From the NCBI RefSeq assembly GCF_009914755.1, contig NC_060925.1: a DNA stretch of 64,000 nt; one strand, given 5' to 3'. Every line of letters begins with the position of its first letter. Position 1 is the stretch's first letter. Made by a program: the position numbers and the translations under genes. The stretch is from the human T2T-CHM13v2.0 reference genome, Homo sapiens. The notes beneath the pieces were generated by a model, which saw nothing but the letters and a program-made list of their open reading frames with translations, was not told where the DNA came from and searched no databases. Positions 52,371 to 64,000 of this stretch are shown piece after piece.

Positions 52371-53210
52371 CTAGAAAAAGAATTTAAGCATTAACTAGAA
52401 AATTTAGGTTTTATGTATTTTAATTTATTTAAATTTAGGTTTTATATATTTTAAATTATCAAGTAATTAAGTTATATTTTCTGCTTACTTTAGGACTATA
52501 ATACATCCCAAGTTTATTAAGTTCAACTAAAGCTAGAATAAGAACTAACAGTCTGTGGTCTGTAAAGAAATAAAATTAGCAAATCTGTAATTTAGTATCC
52601 CATATATAACATATTGCAAAGAATGTTTATCATCTTTTAAGCAGGGCTCTATATTGCTAGAACACAGTAACATTCTTTTTTTTTTTTTTGAAATGGAGTT
52701 TCGCTCGTGTTGCCCAGGCTGGAGTGAAATAGCACGATCTTGGCTCACTGCAACCTCCACCTTCCTGGTTCAAGTTATTCTCCTATCTCAGCCTCCTGAG
52801 TAGCTGGGATTACAGGCACCTGCCACCACACTCAGCTAATTTTTATATCTTTAGTAGAGACGGGGTTTCGCCATGTTGGCCAAGCTGGTCTTGAACTGCT
52901 GACCTCAGGTGATCCACCAGCCTTGGCCTCCCAAAGTGTTGGGATTACAGGTGTGAGCCACCGCCCCCAGCCAGAACACAGCAACATTCTAATATAATAC
53001 AATGTTTTCAATAGCATAACTAGTGAAAGCAAGCAGATACAAATTATCCGGTATTACAACGTTTTTTCATGTGTTGATTGGCTGAGAAAACCCTCCACGG
53101 TGGATGACTAGCATCAAATTAAGGATCTGAAAGGTAAAATAAGGTTTGCAAAATAATCCAATATATTTAAAAGTTTTTTGGTTGTTTGGTTTTGTTGGGT
53201 TTTTTTTTGA

Positions 53211-53318
<108 letters not shown>

Positions 53319-53640
53319 TAGCTGGGATTACAGGCGTGGGCCACCATGACTGGCTAACTTTTGTATTTTCAGTAGAGACGGGTGTTTCGCCTATTGGCCA
53401 GGCTGATCTCGAACTCCTGACCTCAAGTGATCCACCTGCCTCGGCCTCCCAAAGTGCTGGGATTACAGGCATAAGCCACCACACCCGGCCCAAACAGTTT
53501 TAAATCTTATTGCAAAACTACTAAAAGTACAAGCTATTTTGAAAACTTAAAAAGAACTTGCCATGTTTAGTACTGTACTATTATCAAAAGTCTAATGTTC
53601 CCTCAGATGAAGTCTGTCTGAACTAACATTGCTAAATTAC

Positions 53641-53799
53641 CTGGACACTGGCAGCTTTATTGTTACCGTTTTCTAGAAAATGTAGCTTGCTCCCTTTCAG
53701 AACTGCTAACTGCCCCACATACTTTACAGCTTGTTGTACAATTTGGATTGCATTCTTTTGAGCCTCTTTTATCATTGATGAAATATCCAAACAGCATCC
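53641..53799 (-). CDS. KIF14: KIF14 coding exon (~26), 159 nt; GCCLDISSMIKEAQKN...NKAASVQ
   Basis: Overlaps ORF 53632..53877; ttacag acceptor, gtaatt donor; symmetric phase 0. Confidence 0.93.
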
Positions 53800-54354
53800 C
53801 TGTAAGATAAAAATGGACAAGTGTATCAGATACATGAGATTATAACAGGTGGTAAAGAAAAGATAAGGGCCGGGCACAGCGGCTCACGCCTGTAATTCCA
53901 GCAGTTTGGGAGGCCGAGGCGGGTGGATCGCCTGAGGTCAGGAGTTCAAGATCAGCCTGGCCAACATGGTAAAACCCTATCTCTACTAAAAATACAAAAA
54001 TTAGTCAGGCATAGTGGCACACGCCTATATCCTAGCTACTCAGTAGGCTGAAGCATGAGAATTGCTTGAACCCAGGAGGCAGAGGTTGCAGTGAGCTGAG
54101 ATCGTGCTACTGCACTCCAGCCGGGGTGACAGAGTAAGACTCCATCTTAAAAAAAAAAAAAAAAAAGAAAAAGAAAAATGTCCCGGACACGGTGGCTCAC
54201 GCCTGTAATCTCAGCACTTTCGGAGGCCGAGGCAGGCAGATCACAAGGTCAGGAGTTTGAGGCCAGCCTGGTCAATATGGTGAAACCCCATCTCTACTAA
54301 AAACACAAAAATTAGCCAGGCGTGGTGGCGGGCGCCTGTAGTCCCAGCTGCTCA

Positions 54355-54537
<183 letters not shown>

Positions 54538-56277
54538 TTATTGATATAGTGATCTCACTTCATAAATGTCTCAGTCAGAACCAGAAAACATCTGTGGCTG
54601 CTAAAGGTGATAAAATGAGTAAGATATAGTCTCCACCCTCAAAGACCTTACACACTAATAGGAGACATAAGTAAGTACAAAATTAACTACATATAAGACA
54701 GAATTAATAAGTAAAAGCCAAAAGAAAGAAAAAGAAGGGTGGCTCTTTTGCATCTGAACTTTTCCTGTTCTGATAACCATCTGACAGTTAATAAAGATAT
54801 GATTTTCTCAAGGAAAAAGAAATCGAGAGGGAGAGGAAGGGGAAGCAAAAGGGATGAAAAAAACCCCAAACACCTTCAAACAAAAGACTTCCCACATGCA
54901 CTCAGAGTACACATATAAAAAAGGAATGAGGAAGCTTCTCTTGAGCTTTTCTTCTTTCTGTTACCTGCCCCCTGTAGTGTCTCTTCAAAATATTTCTCCT
55001 GGCCTGCTTTGGGGAATATGCTAATTGTATTGCTACAAGAAAAGGATTCTCAAACCATACTTAGTAGAAAGTGTAGTCACTAAATTCAGGTTTGCTAGCT
55101 TAACACAAGTCTGTCCTGAGCTTAATCTAACTTCCCCTCCAAGTCGCCTGCTCTCTCCATCCTTGATTCCTTGTATAAGATTTCCCACAGGGCTATGAGT
55201 TGAAACCCACAAGTTCAGTTCAAAGTGTTCTTCTCAGAAAATGAAAAGAAGGAAAGAAACTACACACCAGTTACTCTAAGAGAGACATTCTTATAACATT
55301 AATTCATCTGATCCTCACAGCAATCCTGCCCAGTAGGCATTTCCAGCTTTATTTTCCTGTGAGAAACAGGAGACTCAAAAATTTAAGCAGTTTGCCCAAG
55401 GACGCACAACTAATTTAGCATGGGTTCAAACATCAGTTTTTCAAGTGCCAGTAGTGAGTTTTTGTTTTGTGTGTGTTCTCCCACTATTCTAGTACTGCCT
55501 CTAAAATCTGAGAGCCAACTAAGCACTGACCATCCTTCAACAAGCTTCCTTTTCTAGGCTCAAACTTAAGTCAGACCCTTCGCTTCTGGCTCTCTAGCTT
55601 TGCTCTCTGGCCAATCCTACCTTTCATTTTCATGATTCTATGCTGTCAGAAATTCTCCTTCATCTACTATTTCATCCACACCTGTTTGCAGTCCACCCAC
55701 CCCGCCACCCCTTGTCTTAGTCATCCTATTTCCTCATTACCTATATCCAAAGTCATCCTTCATCCCATATGAATTTATAATTAATTCAATAACAAGTATC
55801 CAACCAAACATCTATCACATAATGGTGCCTTGTGAAAAAAGACACCCACTGTCCTCTACCTTCTTAGAGCTAACTGTCCATTGAGATGTACAGGCTTATA
55901 AATAGTATGTTATATTAAAAGTCATAACGGGTGAAGTTTAGGGTTATCAGAGAAGCAAATAAGACAGGTGCCTAACCAAGTCTTGGGGAGACCTAGAAAA
56001 TCCTCCTGAGGGAGAACAACGGACATTAAAAACAATCATCTGATTTCAAGTTTACTAGTTAGATCAGTTAAAGATTTCCAAATCCCAGCTAGTAAATAGC
56101 CCATTCAGGAAGTATTTGACACAACAAAAATTCTACTGCAATAATAGAATGTGGAAAGTCTTTCGGTGGGCACTATAACATAAAATTTGTTCAATTGTTC
56201 TATAACATTTTATTACATGGTCTAATTATCCTTTTTTAAAAGTGAAATCTAACCCTCTTAGTATTTTCTTTTTTTAA

Positions 56278-57450
<1,173 letters not shown>

Positions 57451-57990
57451 CAAGATAAGCAGGAAAACAAAATTATTTCCTTGTCTCTATGTCAGCAGAA
57501 TTGTGGCCAATTCAGTCTGAGTTGAAATCCAATCCCATACCCAGAGAAAGACTCTGTCTCTCTTCCCAGTATCCCTTATTGAGGGCCAGCATGGTATAAT
57601 GGCAGAGCATGAACTGGGCCCAAGACTGCCTGGGTCCAAATCCAACTCAGTCATTTACTAGTTAGGTAACATTGGATGGTATATTTATTTTCCCTGTGCC
57701 TCCATTTCCTCATCTACAAGATGGTGATAACAACAGTGCCCACTGCTGGGGTTGTTATAAGGATTAAATGAGTTAATATTTGTAAATCACTTAGAACTAC
57801 TCGTACATAGAGAGCCATGTAAGTCTTTGTTTAACAAATCAATTACAGACAACCACAGTCTCAGAACTTCAAAACAGAATGTACTTTTGAAAATCATACA
57901 GAGCTAATTTTGGGGAAGATATAGACAGTAGAAAGCCAATAAATAATTATTAAATGAATCCTTCAAATGATAATAAGCAAATCAATTTAC

Positions 57991-58175
57991 CTGCAAAAAT
58001 AACTGTAAGTAGCCTCCCAGTTTTTTAACTTCTTGTCTCAATTCATCCTCAAGTCTTGCTATGTTGGTACAAGGCAGTAAATCACTCAGCCAGTGTTTCA
58101 TTAGCACTACTAGCTGCTCAAAAGCACATGCAGTCTGAATAGTAAGTGACTGGATTGCTCGATCAGAAGAAAACA
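57991..58175 (-). CDS. KIF14: KIF14 coding exon (~25), 185 nt; LFSSDRAIQSLTIQ...GGYLQLFLQ
   Basis: Overlaps ORF 57982..58275; ttctttcaaag acceptor, gtaaat donor; phase 1 to phase 0. Confidence 0.93.
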
Positions 58176-58366
58176 CTTTGAAAGAAGAAGAAAAATTACT
58201 GAATGAAATATTATCCAAATAAAAGAACTCATATATGATCATCATTAAAACATTTAACACAGTTAAAAGATGCATGCCAGATGTGCCAAATAATCACTCA
58301 AAACAAAGTGCAATGTGCAGAAAATAATCATTTATGTGAGTTAACAAAAGCAGTGAGATTGCTTAC

Positions 58367-58591
58367 AGTTATCTTGACTTTCTTCATCTTGTTCTTCATG
58401 AGCCTTGGAAATGGCAAATAGCCCATTATAAATTTTAAGAAAACTATTAATTAGGCTGTCTGCTATAGTTCTTTCTTCATCATAACTCTGTCCAAAAAAA
58501 TCTAACGAAGAACCAATCAATTCTTTGCAAATTCCAGGAAGAAAGGACTCTGCTGAATTTGAGTAAATAGTGCTTGATTTGTCCATTAAAC
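58367..58591 (-). CDS. KIF14: KIF14 coding exon (~24), 225 nt; GLMDKSSTIYSNSAESF...EEQDEESQDN
   Basis: Overlaps ORF 58341..58586; gatgtag acceptor, gtaagc donor; phase 1 to phase 1. Confidence 0.93.
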
Positions 58592-59187
58592 CTACATCAA
58601 CAGAAAATAGCCATTTTAAGCTTGTTTTCAGGAATAATACTTTCTTTTTTAAAAAAAGGGATCCTTACTTTATGTACTTCTGCATTACTGAAATGTATTA
58701 CAACAACAAAGCATTTTTGTGTTCACTGTGGAATTAGAAAAACAAAACTATTAGTATATATAACATCGTATGCTATGTTGTACTTGTAAGTATATCTTCC
58801 ATGCTATACTTGTGTATGTTGATTTCCAGGGTGCTCCATAATGCTAATTCTGCAGAAACTACCCCTCTGCTGCTTGCAAATATTACTCGTATACTATTGC
58901 TCTTCCAAAAATGTTCAGGCATAATACTTTCAAACAAATGTTTTATTGCAAGCATATTATAGGATCACTGATCAATAAATTCAAAGTAGGCTATACTTAT
59001 TTCAATTCAGCCTCATTTCTATATGCTAAAGTGAAAACACAATTCCATTCACGGATCAATTAACCTCTCAACCGCATCAATCCATAGATTTAGTAGCTCC
59101 CTGACTATACTATGAGACAATAGAGAATCCAAATATCCCACGTAACCACTGGGTTAATCTCTTTCTTTACTCTATGGTAGGAATTAA

Positions 59188-60467
<1,280 letters not shown>

Positions 60468-61439
60468 GGCTAAAACCAACTGATTATCTACAGTTAATAC
60501 AGCACATCTGTGAGGGATGGATTTTCTAAGCACTGTCTAAACCAGAAATAAATGAGAAGCTTGACTCATTCAGAGCCTCTGGAAATAACTTTATCCTGGA
60601 GTCCTAATATATTGAGTATAATTATTCTTATTTAATAGACAAGATTAAGTTTTCTGGTCTACTTCATAGGTGCTTAAAAGCAGCAAACTAAAAGGAGGTA
60701 GAATAAAGGCATAGGATGAGGAATATTAAAAAACTAGAACAAAGGTAAGAGTTTGGTTTGTAAAGAGAAAAAAAAAAAGCTACAAAACCCAAAGCTACAG
60801 TAGGGTAACGATGACTCAATATCATTATGATGATAATGACTACAGTAGAGTCATCGAGAAGAGTTAACTATATATTCTCTATTTAAGAAGATAATTGTAT
60901 TAATGCATTCTAAAATCCAACAGAAACATTTTAGAAAGACCTGCAAAAATACAGTAAAATATATGGCCCTGAATTTTAGAAGTTAAGATACTTGCTCAAC
61001 TTCCCAAAGCTAGAAAGTGCTAGACACTGGGGTACAGCCCCTCACCCCCAGGCCTGGTCCCCCTTCCACCACTCACAGCTGCCCAGACGGGGTCCTACTA
61101 AGTTCACACGTGGGTTTCCATTACTGTCTTTGAAAACCACAAATAAGCAAAGACCTTTTCTATCTCTGACTTCCCTTAAAATTATTTTTGTAAAATATCT
61201 TACTCAGATAATACCGAATAAATAAGTTGCTACCACAGATACATATCTTTTTATTTTGCTGATAAATAAAAAACCCACAGCATATTTTAATCTACCTTAG
61301 ATTAAATAAGTAGTAGGATCATAATTATCTTCCTAAAAGAAACCCTAATTTCTAAAATTTAAAGTCAAGATGAGATATAATACCTTTTATGGCTACTCAT
61401 ATTCCATTAGAACTTTTATCAAATAGATTGTTACATAAT

Positions 61440-62141
<702 letters not shown>

Positions 62142-62827
62142 TAGCAGGCAGTAATTTTTAAATTGTAATTATTACAGGTAGTTACACATATAAAATTTAC
62201 AGTGTATCCTCTCCTCCTACATTTTAAAATAACATTATAATAAATATTGGTAAAAAATAATTATTCAGAGGAATAATTCCTTTTTTAAAAAAATTGAAAT
62301 AATTTTGGGATAGATGATACACAGATCATTATGCAAAATTCAGAAGAAACCAAAGGGGATGCAGTGAAAAGGGTGCCTTCCTTCCTGTCCTGTCTCCATC
62401 CCCAAGCTCCCATGTACAACCAGCACTTTGGGGTTTCGGTGTAGTTCTCCAGAGAGATCTTATTCATTTACAAGCATCTATGTCCACATCTTCTTTTTTC
62501 TCCTCCTCACACAAATGACAGAATAAAATACATAATCCACTGCACTTTGCTTCCTTTCACTTGTAAGGAAGTAATATTCTCATACATTTTGGAACATACA
62601 CATCTTCCACATTTGAATTAGTTACTCTACTAAAAGGCTTTGAAATAAATCACAGAGCACAGAATTTTTGAAGTGGAAGGGGTCATTGATCCAACCTCCT
62701 CATTTTACAGAGGAATCAGAAGCTTCCAGGAAATGAAATGATTTGCACACGGATAAGAAAAAATGTAATGGTAGAACCAGGACTCAATGCTTTTCTCGCC
62801 ATAGAGAAAATGTGAAGAAAAAAATAC

Positions 62828-62922
62828 CTGATGAATGTGAAGAATGCAAATTCTTAATTGGATGGACTTGTATGTCATGTAAACAACCAGAAATTCTTCT
62901 GTTCTTCATCAAACTCCTACTC
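62828..62922 (-). CDS. KIF14: KIF14 internal coding exon (probably exon 23 of 30), 95 nt; SRSLMKNRRISGCLHDIQVHPIKNLHSSHSS
   Basis: ttttcag acceptor (AG at 62924-62923) and gtattt donor (62827-62826); phase 2 in, phase 1 out, in frame with the next exon. Not in the ORF track; found by reading. Exon numbering assumes the 30-exon model I recall. Confidence 0.88.
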
Positions 62923-63654
62923 CTGAAAAAAGACAAACCATAAGATTAGCAGTTCTATACCACATGGAATAATATTATTAAGAATATTTATAAGTTCTCT
63001 AAAGAAAATGGACATTCATGTGTGTGTTTTTCATTAAAAATTTTCATCAAAGGAAAAATTCATTTGGTTAATTGAGCAAGAATTTTACTATTTACAGGCA
63101 CTGTTCTAGGCAGATAGTTAATTAAATAAGTATTGATTAAGCACTACTATTTGCAGGCTCTGGATATTGTGGTAAAATGTGGCAAACATGGTTTCTGGGC
63201 TCACTAGGCTTAAAGTCCAGAACAAAAGAGATAAATTAGGCAAATAATTACAGTAAAGTGATGAATGTGATGAAGGCATAGAGTGTTGTGGTAGATTGTA
63301 TAAAAGAACTTGACCTGGCCCAAGAAGTCAGGGGGGCCTCCTTGGAGCAGTAACCCTCAAGGATAAGTAAAACTTAGCCAAACAGAGGGCAGGCTTGGGA
63401 AGCAGGGAATAGTGTCTCAGACACAAGCAACAGGAAGACCTGATAAATGAAAGTAGTGTACATGCGAAGAACCAAACGAGGTTCAGAAGGACTGTGGCCT
63501 ATGATGTAAGAGAGAGAGTAGCAAGGGATTAAGCTGGGAGGTGCACAGGGGCCAGCTTGAGGTGGTCTTTGTATGTCAATAAAGCTTAGATTTTATCCTG
63601 AGCAAATTATCCAGGGAAGGATTTTATCTTATTTTTTTAAGTGGCCGAGTTGGG

Positions 63655-63895
63655 ATTTATTTATTTTCTTTCAACTTTGATTTTAGGTTCAAGGGGTACA
63701 TGTGCAGGTTTGTTACATGGGTAAATTTCATGCTGTGGGGGTTTGGTCTACAGATAATTTTGTCACACAGGTAACAGGCATAATACCTGATGGTATTAAA
63801 GAGTTTTTCAATCCTCACCTTCCTCCCACCCACCATCCTCAAATAGGCCCCAGTGTCTATTATTCACTTCTTTGTGTCCATGTGTACTCAATGTT
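63655..63895 (-). mobile_element. L1PA (older primate) 3' end fragment inside an L2 relic (~63070-63620)
   Basis: caactttgattttaggttcaaggggtacatgtgcaggtttgttacatgggtaaat...ctttgtgtccatgtgtactcaatgtt. Confidence 0.88.
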
Positions 63896-64000
63896 TCAAG
63901 GAAAGATTTTAAACAGGGAAGTGATTTAGGTAAATAAACATTTAAGTAGGTATCTGCTACACTGTGTACAAAGCATAATACCTGTGAAGTGCAGCAGTGG

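Noticed and set aside
53100-53130. C/D-box snoRNA (ggatga...ctga)
   Set aside because: Too short, imperfect box C, no terminal stem, and antisense to the host transcript

Overview
Human (primate) genomic DNA; about one third is Alu by eye (~75 copies or fragments), plus L1, L2, MIR, MaLR-LTR and MER5 relics. The only supported protein-coding content is the 3' end of KIF14 (kinesin-3, 1q32.1) on the minus strand. Eight GT-AG coding exons between 62922 and 46306 splice in frame into 459 codons ending in the PDZ-binding tail ...SRIQWV*. A ~1.9-kb Alu-containing 3'UTR follows, with AATAAA at 44454-44459. Positions 1-44400 are intergenic, with a strong CTCF motif, candidate enhancer motif clusters and a probable AmnSINE1 relic. 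Nearly all other ORFs in the track are Alu or simple-repeat artefacts. I found no convincing new biological system. The best unexplained signals are (i) a compositionally odd, internally repetitive ~350-bp patch at 30.3-30.65 kb, (ii) a 165-bp intronic duplication bracketed by 34-bp direct repeats around a KIF14 exon, (iii) the AmnSINE1-like element, (iv) two candidate stop-containing cryptic KIF14 exons, and (v) several template-switch scars. Repeat family calls come from recalled consensus similarity and their boundaries are approximate.
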